This document shows positions 18,760 through 28,372 of a stretch of DNA of 64,000 bases, piece after piece. The notes beneath the pieces were generated by a model, which ran no database searches, had not been told where the DNA came from, and saw only the letters and a program-made list of their open reading frames with translations. Both the position numbers and the translations under genes were made by a program. Source of the stretch: a virus (taxonomy: Duplodnaviria > Heunggongvirae > Uroviricota > Caudoviricetes). How positions within the stretch are numbered: the first letter of the stretch is position 1; each line of letters opens with the position of its first letter. The stretch lies in IMG/VR virus record IMGVR_UViG_3300013232_000486, one strand, 5' to 3'.

Positions 18760-19623
18760 ATGCCGGTTCCTAGCAGACCAGCACGAATGGGTTACATCGG
18801 CGCCGTAGTGGTGTTCGGTACTCCCATCCGAGCGATGAGCAGCAGCCTGAAGGCCCAGCAGCGCATCGAGCATCCAGACGTAGTTGACAACCGTATTGAT
18901 CGTACGCTCTACCAGCTTGGTCCAGTGGAAGTCGAAGGCGACGTGGTTGTTCCAGTTGTCAAATCGGGTGAGAGCCAAGGCTTCCTCAACCAGATTTGGA
19001 GCTGGGCTACCCTTCGTGACTTGACGAGCGGCGAACTGATCAATAACGGCGACGTCATCCTGAACTACTCATACGACATCGGTAGGACGTTCAACGGATG
19101 CCGCGTGAACAAGCTCTCGATGAAGGCGACCGCTGGAGAACGCGTCGAGGCTACCTTGAACTTCATGGGTACCACGGCCATCGACGGCGCTTCAATTCAA
19201 GACCCGATCGACTACTCGCCAGCCCGCGTGTTGACGTGGGACGACGTGTCAGTCAGCGGAAGCGACATCGATACTTGCCAAGTCAAAGAATTCACCTTTG
19301 AAATCAGCAACAACTGCGTCCGCAACTACACGTTCTGCCCAGAGACTGGATTGTACGCTTCGTCCATCTCGACGGGAAAGAGGCACATCAACGGAACGAT
19401 CCAGTTCCAGGGATGGGCGCAGACCGAAAGCCTTGCGACGACGAACTATACGAGGACGACCTCAACCGACCAGTTGACGTTCGACTTCGGCGGGTTCAGC
19501 CAGACGTTCAACCACGTCATCTACGAGTACCAGCAGATCGACATCAACGTGGGCGTGATCACCTCCACGGCGAACTGGTACGCGCATGGCGGCAAGACTG
19601 ACATGGCTGTTGAAGGAAGCTGA
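18760..19623 (+). CDS. Tail tube (major tail) protein
   Basis: EVEGDV...FNGCRVNKLSM...EFTFEISNN...GKRHINGTI pattern; lies upstream of the chaperone and tape measure genes. Confidence 0.8.
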   Translation: MPVPSRPARMGYIGAVVVFGTPIRAMSSSLKAQQRIEHPDVVDNRIDRTLYQLGPVEVEGDVVVPVVKSGESQGFLNQIWSWATLRDLTSGELINNGDVILNYSYDIGRTFNGCRVNKLSMKATAGERVEATLNFMGTTAIDGASIQDPIDYSPARVLTWDDVSVSGSDIDTCQVKEFTFEISNNCVRNYTFCPETGLYASSISTGKRHINGTIQFQGWAQTESLATTNYTRTTSTDQLTFDFGGFSQTFNHVIYEYQQIDINVGVITSTANWYAHGGKTDMAVEGS

Positions 19624-19745
19624 TCAATACCCAGTGTTGATCTTCTAGGCGTATCCTCTCTTTTTCAACGTATAATCCCATAACCCCATGGCGCTTGTGC
19701 GCCATTGTCTGGCAAGGGATTTCCTCACAATAAGGAGTTTGTACC

Positions 19746-20195
19746 ATGGCTGGAGTATTCGCGTCTGGGGACTTCTTCGAGGTCTGCGTTAAATACGTGG
19801 TCTTGAAGACTGCAAGCGGCATTGACGTCGTCAAAGTGATTGACGATGCAACGGAAAAGGGCAAGGCCGACCTTGAGCGCTACGGCGAAAGGGTTCAATC
19901 CCTAAGAACTCAGTGGGTATCTCCTAACTGGAAGCAGAGCAACGAGTTGCTACGAAAGTGCATGCGCTATGACGCCGAGTCTGGAAAGCGTGAGCTTGAT
20001 TGGCCATTATATAGAGCATTGCTCATTGAGATGTTCATGAAGAAGTGGGACGCGACGACGACTGAGGGAGGAAAGGAAATTCCAGTCCCCGTAAGTCGCG
20101 AGAACGTCGACAGGCTGGACGCCCAGGTGGCGGTAGCCCTCGTTGACAAGTTCATTGAACGAACGAACGTTTCGGAGGAAGAGTTGGGAAAATAG
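19746..20195 (+). CDS. Tail assembly chaperone (gpG-like)
   Basis: AAGGAG RBS; ends EEELGK at a slippery site. Confidence 0.8.
   Translation: MAGVFASGDFFEVCVKYVVLKTASGIDVVKVIDDATEKGKADLERYGERVQSLRTQWVSPNWKQSNELLRKCMRYDAESGKRELDWPLYRALLIEMFMKKWDATTTEGGKEIPVPVSRENVDRLDAQVAVALVDKFIERTNVSEEELGK
20186..20192 (+). promoter_or_regulatory. Programmed -1 ribosomal frameshift site G GGA AAA
   Basis: X XXY YYZ heptamer immediately before TAG; the -1 frame is open through 20545. Confidence 0.85.
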
Positions 20196-20545
20196 TCCAC
20201 GCGGCTGACCGATACTATCGCGGGACGCTGGCAGAAGGCGACATGCCTCCCGACGAATGTATTGAGTTGATGCTCTGGGACAGGTTTGGTTGGGGGCCAG
20301 AGCAGACCTCGAGGTTCACCCTTGCTCAGTTACGCGTGTTCTTCGCCGTCATAGAGCAGCAGCGCGTCAGCAGAGATGCGGTCGAAAACCTGGGCAAGCC
20401 AGACCCAGATCGAGTTCAGTCGAAGATTGCTGCCGCAGAAGAGATGAGGAGGCGTGGACAGAAGTCTTCGCCTCGTGAGCAGGAAACAGGGCCTGGAAAT
20501 GCCAAGGTTATACGTAGAGAGATGCGTGGCCTTGGCATGGCCTAA
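20192..20545 (+). CDS. Frameshift extension of the tail chaperone (gpT-like)
   Basis: In the -1 frame relative to the 19746 ORF; LWDRFGWGPEQ motif typical of gpT-like segments. Confidence 0.75.
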   Translation: MVHAADRYYRGTLAEGDMPPDECIELMLWDRFGWGPEQTSRFTLAQLRVFFAVIEQQRVSRDAVENLGKPDPDRVQSKIAAAEEMRRRGQKSSPREQETGPGNAKVIRREMRGLGMA

Positions 20546-20560
20546 AGACAGGAGAAGCCC

Positions 20561-20974
20561 ATGCCATTGATCAGTCCAAAAAAGCCCGTCCAGATCGTGT
20601 CCATCGAAGTTCGCTACATAGAGAAGGAAACTGGGGAGATCAGTCTCCTCAAGGACGACGAAAAGGTGGAGGGAGCATTCCAAACCGCCAAGTTTGTCTT
20701 CAGGCCACCTAACTGGGGAGACACAAAGTACATCATGTCCGCATGCAGTCAAATCGGAAATGATGGAAAGCTCTCCTTCGACGGGTACAAGTTTATTGAC
20801 TTACGCTTGAAGAGACTCTTGGTGGATTGGTCGCTCATAGACGACAAGGAGAAACGTCTGCCCATAACGGATGAAAACGTCGAGCAGCTTCCATATTCTG
20901 TTGTGACCTATCTGAACGAGAAACTCGACAAGGTTCCATCCATCGCTGCTGCGTTCGGGGCCGACGTGAAATAG
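20561..20974 (+). CDS. Second tail-chaperone-like protein
   Basis: PPNWG...LLVDWS...LPITDENVEQL resembles SPNWK...FMKKWD...VPVSRENVDRL of the 19746 ORF. Confidence 0.65.
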   Translation: MPLISPKKPVQIVSIEVRYIEKETGEISLLKDDEKVEGAFQTAKFVFRPPNWGDTKYIMSACSQIGNDGKLSFDGYKFIDLRLKRLLVDWSLIDDKEKRLPITDENVEQLPYSVVTYLNEKLDKVPSIAAAFGADVK

Positions 20975-20978
20975 ATAA

Positions 20979-23900
20979 GTGGCAAACTACGAAGAAGCTG
21001 CACGTAAATTCGCGGAGGCCTTGCAAGCCAGCGGGCTGTCGGCTGAAGAAGCCGCCAAGGCCATCCGTGACTTAACCGACAAGACCAAGAATTACGAGAA
21101 AGCAGCAAAAGACGGAACTCGATCCGTCAAAACGTTTGGCGAAGCATTTAACACCTACGATAAGTCTCTTGAAAAAGTAGGTCAAAGTCTAAGTCGTGTT
21201 TTTGAAACCATGAAGACGGCGTTCCTTGGTGGAACAGCCGCCGCGATGGTTAGTCGTCTCGGAGAGTTCCAAAAAGGGCTATATGATTTAAGCCGTCAAG
21301 CCACAGTTACTGGACAAACCTTCTCTGCGTTCACCAAGACAATGGAGGACATGGGCAAGAAAACTGCGCTTAGCAGAGAAGAGTCCGCGAAGTTCCTGAA
21401 ACAGATCCAAGACAGTACCAAGGGTGTTAAGCTGATGGGCACCGAGATGAGCGATCTCGCGAAGACCCTCAGTGATGAATTTGGCCCAAGGCTGCAAGAT
21501 ATCCAAAATGGATTCAAGACATTAGCGGAAATCCAGCAAAAAGATATCATGCTATTTTCTAGGATCCGCGAGGGAATGCGCGGCCCAGAGTTTGGCAATT
21601 ATGTTGCCAGTATGGTTCTTGCCCACAAACTAACCAACGAACAAGCAGAAACCTTGTTGAGAGTAAATAGACAAAAGGTTCTTGGCTCTCAAGCCGTAGA
21701 CGAAGAAACGAAGAAACTACGACAATTTCAAGACGTTCAACAGAAGTTCCAGCAGGCATTCTCTAATCTTGCCATAAGTCTTGGCAAGCCGCTGATGGAA
21801 ATCTTCGTGCAAGTAATCAAACCGTTATCTGCTTTTGGCGACAAGTTATCGACCTTGATGGAGAAGAACAAGGCCTTCGCTGGAATGGTTGGTGGAGTTG
21901 CTAAAATACTTGCTTGGTCTGCAATAGCTGCAACCGTAGTTGGAGCCATGTCGGCCATGGCGTCAAAATTATCTGCCGCATTCCAACTAATAAAATCAGT
22001 AGCTGGGGCTGGCGCCTCAAAAATAGTAAATGTTAGAATAGTTGGAGGTGGAGGACCGGAATCAGTAGCAGCACATCTAAAAGGAAGTTCTGCCGTAGCC
22101 GCAGGAGCAGAAAAAGTCGCTGAGAGCGCTCCAAAAGTAGGTGTCATGAGGAGAATGGGGCAAACCGTTGGAAGATCAGTCGCAATGCATGGAGGAGGGG
22201 TCAAAGGAGTCCTGACGGCGTCTGCCAGTGGAGCCATCGGAGTTCTTGGAAGAATAGCGTCTTTCCTTGGTCCTATAGGTTTGGTTGTCGGCGCAATTAC
22301 CGCGCTAGCATCTGTTTTGCTCCCTTTGGTTGGCAATTTTGATTCCATAGGTAAAGTACTTGGAATGGCTGAGGGTGAAATAGACAACCTCAATGCCAGC
22401 TTTGCAGAGATCAAAACATTGATGCTCGACGCGTTTGGTGAAATATGGAAAACGATCAAGGACGTTGGAAAATCCCTCATCGTTGCCATAATGCCAATGG
22501 TAAAGCTTTATCAACAGGTAATACCGCCCATTCTTAGTGCTTTTACACCAATGGCCCAGTCTCTGATAAAGGCTCTTGCCGCAATATTTGGAGCTTTCAT
22601 GAAGCTTCAAATCATAATGATGAAGATAATTCTGCCAATTGCAACCGTTGCGTTTCAAGCCTTGGCAAAGGTACTGGAATGGGCAGCGGGAATAATAGAG
22701 TCTGTATTCAACAAGATTTCTGAAACGTTCGATTCTTTAATGCCATATCTTGACGAATTCGCTGATGCGGTAGGTGCGGCCACAGACTCTCTCCTTGGCA
22801 GAGAGCGAAACATGGACGCAATGAACAAAAGGAACATGGAAAGTATCCAGAAGGGGCATGACAAAACAGCGGCTGGTAAGTTCGGAGACTTTTACGCAAA
22901 GGAAATGGGAGTCAAGAGAGAAGATGTTGACGACGAGAAGCTAGCCGAACGGGTGAAACAAATTACTGGAAAAGGAATGCAAGCCGCATGGAATGATCCA
23001 GCTACTCGTAAGACATTGCAGACTGACGTTAGGCTGACTAAGGCTGGCGTGGACGTGACAAAGCCAGGCGAGGCTGCCATTGGAATCGGCAGGATATCCG
23101 CAATACAAGAAGAACTCACAAAAGATCTTGCCACTAGGAAGGCTGGCGGAGAAGGCGAAGAGGGACAGAAGAAATACAGAGAACGAATGGAGCAAGCGGC
23201 GGCTCAAGGTAACATGATGATCATGAGCCGAGCTATGCAAGACGCTTTGATGAAGCATAGCAAGGACGCTGGAACGGCACAAAAGACGTTTGCTGGAGCG
23301 CCAGCAGAGTTCAAAACATTCCTTGATCCCACGAAGGTCAAAGAAGCTGTTGATCAAATAAAATCTGGAACTGAGTATGCAACACTGTTCACGCAAAGAC
23401 TGATTCAAGCAAACGCTTATTACGATTCTCTGTCACAAACAATTTCAGCAGCTAATGGCCTATTGTCTGAAAATGCCGAGGCTGCTTTGAACCTTGGGAA
23501 CAATACACAGATGTACAAGCAGTATCTTGGCGAGGCCATGGAACTTAGTAACATACAGTTGAGCGCTGCAAGGGCAATTGCCGACGCATCTAAAGAAGGA
23601 CTTAACGCTGAAAGACAGAGTCTGGAAATACAATTAAAGAAGGCCATTGCCAACAAGGACATTGAGGAAACTAGAAAAGTTGAAACGGCACTTATACAAA
23701 ATTCAAACGCTAGAGCGAGCATACAAAATAACATAAACAAAGCCTTAAGCGAGCAATTAAAAATAGGATTACAAATTGTTGAAGCCAACAAACAAGAAAT
23801 AGAAGTAAGGGACGCGGAGCTTGGGTTGCTAGAGTCTCAGATGCAGTTGAGCAAGGCCATGTTTGCAGGTATGGGTCCAACGCTGGCAATACAAGGACAG

Positions 23901-24974
23901 ATGCTTTCTAAGTTAGACGAACAAATAGAAGCATATCAGAAGCAAAACGAAGAAGCTAGAAAGCAGATAGAAGCTCTGAAGAGAGACAAGGATATAAAGG
24001 GAGAAATACCAGCATACCAAAAGAAGATTCTTGAGAACGAGAACAAGATGACGCAAGCCAAGCTCAAGCAAGTTGAGCTCACAAAGGCCTTGCGCGATCA
24101 ATATTTAGAGGCCATTACTTCATTCACGCAAATGGAGGGAGCTTTCAGCAAGCTTATCATTTCAAGAGAATCTGGTGTTGGCGAGGCCATGCGCAACTAC
24201 GGGATGCAAGGCGGTCTCGGAGTTGGTGTCCAAGGTGCTGGAGCGACGAGCCCGCTAATGCAGTGGGGAGCCGGTGGAAACGTACAGTTCCAGCCGATGC
24301 AACAGATGATGAACTTCTTCAAGCAGTATCAAGGCGCTGCTGGGTACTCAGATGTCAAAGGAATGGTTCCGTTTAGCGCTGGATGGGCCGAAGGGACGCC
24401 TGCTGGATCCTCCATGCTCCAAGGGTTCAATTCAGCCGAAGCATCAAAAGAGAAGATGAACCAAATGACCCACGCCTCAACTGGTCCTGGTGGAGCAACT
24501 CCAAAAGGCCCGCCGCTTGATGGTGGACTAAACGTCATCAACGACACGCTAAAAGCAATATTGAAAGCAATAACCGACCAGTCTTCAACTGCGATCGTAA
24601 CTCCAAAAGGCATGTCTATTGGTGGCATAGTAAAGATGGCTGGAGGAGGTAAACTTCCTGGTTATGGAGGCGGAGATAGCGTCCCGGCTCTCCTTGAGCA
24701 AGGCGAGTTCGTCATCAACAAGGATGCAGCAAAGGCCTATGCCCCACTTTTAATGGCCATAAATGCACAGAAGTTCGCGAGCGGAGGCCCAGTCATTCCG
24801 AAGCCAGAAACCGCTTTGGCTGCTGCTGGAGGAAGTCCACGGGTCAACATCAACGTCAGGGGAGACTCTGCGGCAGCCATCAAGAAGGTCGTCATGGACG
24901 AATTGGACGCGTCATTAGATGCAACCATGTCTCCAACGGGATCACATGCGAGACTTTACGATCCAACACTTTAG
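20979..24974 (+). CDS. Tape measure protein (1331 aa)
   Basis: Long helical A/G/K-rich protein with hydrophobic stretches; C-terminal GGGDSVPALLEQGEFVIN motif; follows the chaperones. Confidence 0.9.
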   Translation: MANYEEAARKFAEALQASGLSAEEAAKAIRDLTDKTKNYEKAAKDGTRSVKTFGEAFNTYDKSLEKVGQSLSRVFETMKTAFLGGTAAAMVSRLGEFQKGLYDLSRQATVTGQTFSAFTKTMEDMGKKTALSREESAKFLKQIQDSTKGVKLMGTEMSDLAKTLSDEFGPRLQDIQNGFKTLAEIQQKDIMLFSRIREGMRGPEFGNYVASMVLAHKLTNEQAETLLRVNRQKVLGSQAVDEETKKLRQFQDVQQKFQQAFSNLAISLGKPLMEIFVQVIKPLSAFGDKLSTLMEKNKAFAGMVGGVAKILAWSAIAATVVGAMSAMASKLSAAFQLIKSVAGAGASKIVNVRIVGGGGPESVAAHLKGSSAVAAGAEKVAESAPKVGVMRRMGQTVGRSVAMHGGGVKGVLTASASGAIGVLGRIASFLGPIGLVVGAITALASVLLPLVGNFDSIGKVLGMAEGEIDNLNASFAEIKTLMLDAFGEIWKTIKDVGKSLIVAIMPMVKLYQQVIPPILSAFTPMAQSLIKALAAIFGAFMKLQIIMMKIILPIATVAFQALAKVLEWAAGIIESVFNKISETFDSLMPYLDEFADAVGAATDSLLGRERNMDAMNKRNMESIQKGHDKTAAGKFGDFYAKEMGVKREDVDDEKLAERVKQITGKGMQAAWNDPATRKTLQTDVRLTKAGVDVTKPGEAAIGIGRISAIQEELTKDLATRKAGGEGEEGQKKYRERMEQAAAQGNMMIMSRAMQDALMKHSKDAGTAQKTFAGAPAEFKTFLDPTKVKEAVDQIKSGTEYATLFTQRLIQANAYYDSLSQTISAANGLLSENAEAALNLGNNTQMYKQYLGEAMELSNIQLSAARAIADASKEGLNAERQSLEIQLKKAIANKDIEETRKVETALIQNSNARASIQNNINKALSEQLKIGLQIVEANKQEIEVRDAELGLLESQMQLSKAMFAGMGPTLAIQGQMLSKLDEQIEAYQKQNEEARKQIEALKRDKDIKGEIPAYQKKILENENKMTQAKLKQVELTKALRDQYLEAITSFTQMEGAFSKLIISRESGVGEAMRNYGMQGGLGVGVQGAGATSPLMQWGAGGNVQFQPMQQMMNFFKQYQGAAGYSDVKGMVPFSAGWAEGTPAGSSMLQGFNSAEASKEKMNQMTHASTGPGGATPKGPPLDGGLNVINDTLKAILKAITDQSSTAIVTPKGMSIGGIVKMAGGGKLPGYGGGDSVPALLEQGEFVINKDAAKAYAPLLMAINAQKFASGGPVIPKPETALAAAGGSPRVNINVRGDSAAAIKKVVMDELDASLDATMSPTGSHARLYDPTL

Positions 24975-24986
24975 GGCTAGGACAGC

Positions 24987-27900
24987 ATGGCAACTGCACC
25001 CACGGAGATAAGAATCCCCTTCCTCCAGCAAGGATACAAGCTAGTCTTCAAAAAGCCATGCCTTGCATACAAAGAAACTGCTGGATACGCACAAGTACCG
25101 AACAGACCAATATACATAAAGATCGGTAATGGGTCTGACAAACGTGGGAAACCACCCGCTGGGACGACTCCAACATCAAGCCTAAGATACTCCATGTACA
25201 TAGAGTCTTCGGCAAGCGATACTGGAACAAGCAATATCGCCGATTTGTCCGCAACTGCCATGGTAGCAACTAGAGGATACTTTCCCATACCGATTGTTGG
25301 CGTAACCTTTCAGCGGTCTAGCGTAGTGTTCTGCAACACGTTCTTCGAGGGGTCTGATTTCATAGACGTCCCAGTTTCTTCACTAACCAAAACGGATAAA
25401 GGCATCAAAGTTCCAACAACCATATTTCGCGTGGTTCATGCTGGCGTCGAAAAGTTGATCCCAGAAAAGACAGACAAAGACCTATCGTATTGGATGACCA
25501 TTGGGCCTTACTTGTCGACAAACCTTGCGGGAGGGACAACGCTTACTGATGACGCGCCGTTTGATATCAAGCAGTTGTTCAAAGCTGGAACATCCAATGT
25601 TGACACCGCATCGGATACAATAAAGGTCTCTGGAAGCCCAGAGTACGTGTCGTATGTAGGGATCACGAAGCCATTGTTCAGGGACGTCATAATGACGTCG
25701 GCATCCACATCGACTGATGGGTTTGCCATAAACGGATCGTACACGCAAGTAACCAATCCAACTCCGATTTCGTCTGCTCAAGCCAAGGTGTTAAGATTCG
25801 CTTGGGTGAGCGTTGGAACCGAAAAAGAACCTAGATATCAATGGCGCTTGGCAGAGACGTTTGGCGTTCCACCAGCCTTGATCCCAGTGGTAGAGCCTCC
25901 GCCTGGTCTTTCGGAAAAGAACGATCCTACAGACGTAAAAGACCATTACGTGTATGACTTGAACGAAACCACCTACCCAGACTGGCAAGGCTTCTATCCA
26001 AGCCTACGAATTTTGAAAAAAGGGTATTCTGTCGCCTATGCAAAGGCAAAGATGGATACTGAAAGCGTGTTCTATGACGCCGAGTTCTCAGCGAAGATCT
26101 TGAATCAAAACGCCATAGCTGAGGTTGTCACTGGGACAGGTGACCAGAAGTCTGTCCTGGTTTCAAATGCTGTGGATTTTTATCCAGATTCGGCAACGAC
26201 CCTCCTTACTGGATATGGTGCTGTTTGTGGAGTTCCAGCGACCGTTGGCGGATTAAGAGGAACTTCCATCAATAGACAGACCTATGTTTATACGTCGCCG
26301 AGGTTTGTTATGGCGTTTGGAAGCAATTCTAGGATGGGAACTGAATACCACTGTACGCTCAATGGATCGACACCCATTGAGAGCGCAGATGCAGCATTTT
26401 TGGTTAGAACCTTAGCCGCGCCATCCGTATGCAGTACGTACGACGCGTGCCTCGAGTCTTCAAGCATCTTTACAATAGCCGCAATGGGAGACTATACGTC
26501 TATCGTTGAGCGAAGCGTGGACGATTCAAGATGGGCCTTTTCAAATATCCCAAAAGCCCCAGAATCTCAGTCTTCCCATTTCATTATTGGGGAATATCCA
26601 TATCGAAGCGAAGGCTCTCTTGTTTTCCTTCCAGAATTACCATCGTTGGAAGCTGAAACGGCGGATGGAAAATTCAGCATCCCTGGCGGGAAAATTCCAG
26701 TAATGGTCGTGCTAAAAGTCGTCGAGGACGGAGACACGGAAGGAACCTTCAAGCTTTATCAGAGCGCTGGACAGCAAGGAACACCATCGTATGAATTGTC
26801 TTTAGGAGAGCTTTCTGCGTCAGCCAGCGGGACGATCAACATAATCATCCCCACAAAAACGTATGGATCGTATGCTGCTGGTGGCGGGATAGAGTCGGTC
26901 GAGGACGTGAAGGGATGTTCTCCTGGAACAGTCATTGCTAGCGTACTAGAGCCATACACAGAAGGAACGTTCCCAGACGATATGTCCAAGTACTCGGATG
27001 CGCAAGTTTCAAAGATATCAGAATTGCAGTTTCCCGTCAAAGCCAACTCAGTTTCGGCTACGACTGATTGCGTGAGCGGCTACAGCATAATGGCCTATGA
27101 AATAGAAGGACACATAAATCTTGGCTTCAGGAGTTCTCACTTCGGGCCTTTCGTATCAATAAGAGACGTCATCCTAAGAGTCCCCAATGATGAAACAGAT
27201 GGAACGTCACTCCCAATCGCTACGAAGCCCGTTCTCATGTCTGATATGAACACAAGGTCAATGCTGTTGTTCTATATCTACAAAGACAGGCTACTGGCAA
27301 AAAGGATCCCACAAGAAGTCCTCGAAGACCTCATTGGAAGCACGCCGTCTTTCGCTGCCGATCCAGAGAAAGAGGCGCTAGCAATAAAACAAATGCACAT
27401 GCTTACGTCGAGCGTAATCTATGCATCCATCGACGATACCGCTCTGTCGGGGGACATGAGCGCTGGGGCCATAAGGTCGATTGTAGACCTGGAGGTTCCC
27501 GTAACTTTGGGCGCGATCAACGAGTACTGTGTCTTCACCGATCAAATAGGATACATCTATTCCGTCGTTCAGACAGACAAGCAGCTATACGTATTCAGGT
27601 CGTACAATGGAGGAGACTCGTGGGAAAACCTACTCCCAGATGGGTTTTCTTTCTATCCTCCTAAAGGGGAAAATCCGTCAGAAACAGAAAAACTGGTCGA
27701 CGCAGCGACCCCTCAGCGCCCATTCGTGTTGGTGGATTGGCCGAGTCAAACGGGTCATTTTTTCTACTTCGTCGAAGACAACATTTTGCTGTTCAACTTC
27801 CCAGTCGAGGTACTCAGAGAATCGAAAGACGCGCTAGCCGAAGAGTTATCCCTATTCATTCATCCGAAGGTTGTTGTTGGGCAGCTTACGGCAGATATGG

Positions 27901-28106
27901 CTGAGAGAGGGATCACCTATGGTAACCAAGAACTTAGTAATAAGAACCCTCCGATAAAGGCAACACCCCAAAAGGTATCCGGAGTGATAACAAAGAACGG
28001 CGCATACAGGGTCTTCTTCAAGGACAATAATGATGTCCTAAGATCCATAGTTTCCTTCAACATGGGGAACGTCTGGCTTTTGGATGAGGACATCAAAGAG
28101 TCATGA
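24987..28106 (+). CDS. Large tail/baseplate-associated protein (1039 aa)
   Basis: S/T-rich beta protein with Asp-box-like SYNGGDSW and SFNMGNVW; follows the tape measure gene. Confidence 0.6.
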   Translation: MATAPTEIRIPFLQQGYKLVFKKPCLAYKETAGYAQVPNRPIYIKIGNGSDKRGKPPAGTTPTSSLRYSMYIESSASDTGTSNIADLSATAMVATRGYFPIPIVGVTFQRSSVVFCNTFFEGSDFIDVPVSSLTKTDKGIKVPTTIFRVVHAGVEKLIPEKTDKDLSYWMTIGPYLSTNLAGGTTLTDDAPFDIKQLFKAGTSNVDTASDTIKVSGSPEYVSYVGITKPLFRDVIMTSASTSTDGFAINGSYTQVTNPTPISSAQAKVLRFAWVSVGTEKEPRYQWRLAETFGVPPALIPVVEPPPGLSEKNDPTDVKDHYVYDLNETTYPDWQGFYPSLRILKKGYSVAYAKAKMDTESVFYDAEFSAKILNQNAIAEVVTGTGDQKSVLVSNAVDFYPDSATTLLTGYGAVCGVPATVGGLRGTSINRQTYVYTSPRFVMAFGSNSRMGTEYHCTLNGSTPIESADAAFLVRTLAAPSVCSTYDACLESSSIFTIAAMGDYTSIVERSVDDSRWAFSNIPKAPESQSSHFIIGEYPYRSEGSLVFLPELPSLEAETADGKFSIPGGKIPVMVVLKVVEDGDTEGTFKLYQSAGQQGTPSYELSLGELSASASGTINIIIPTKTYGSYAAGGGIESVEDVKGCSPGTVIASVLEPYTEGTFPDDMSKYSDAQVSKISELQFPVKANSVSATTDCVSGYSIMAYEIEGHINLGFRSSHFGPFVSIRDVILRVPNDETDGTSLPIATKPVLMSDMNTRSMLLFYIYKDRLLAKRIPQEVLEDLIGSTPSFAADPEKEALAIKQMHMLTSSVIYASIDDTALSGDMSAGAIRSIVDLEVPVTLGAINEYCVFTDQIGYIYSVVQTDKQLYVFRSYNGGDSWENLLPDGFSFYPPKGENPSETEKLVDAATPQRPFVLVDWPSQTGHFFYFVEDNILLFNFPVEVLRESKDALAEELSLFIHPKVVVGQLTADMAERGITYGNQELSNKNPPIKATPQKVSGVITKNGAYRVFFKDNNDVLRSIVSFNMGNVWLLDEDIKES

Positions 28107-28372
28107 CACAACTCCAAGCATATAAAAATGCCTGTTCCAGAGGCCATGCCAAAGAGTTCGCAATGGCTTTCCAACAAGCCCTGAGAAATAGGATGAGCGA
28201 GGCGGACGCCGTCAATTTTGCCATTAGCAAGGTTGAGGAAATCCCAACAAATGATGAAAAGGCCATCGCCAAGATGGCTTATGCGGACGCGTTTAACCAG
28301 GCAATCAGAGACGGCATGAGCGAGAACCAGGCCAGAATGGTAGCCTTACAGTCCGTTCCGAGGAGGAAGTAA
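28103..28372 (+). CDS. Hypothetical protein with a tandem helical repeat (ChaB-like)
   Basis: AFQQALRNRMSEADAVNFA / AFNQAIRDGMSENQARMVA. Confidence 0.6.
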   Translation: MTQLQAYKNACSRGHAKEFAMAFQQALRNRMSEADAVNFAISKVEEIPTNDEKAIAKMAYADAFNQAIRDGMSENQARMVALQSVPRRK

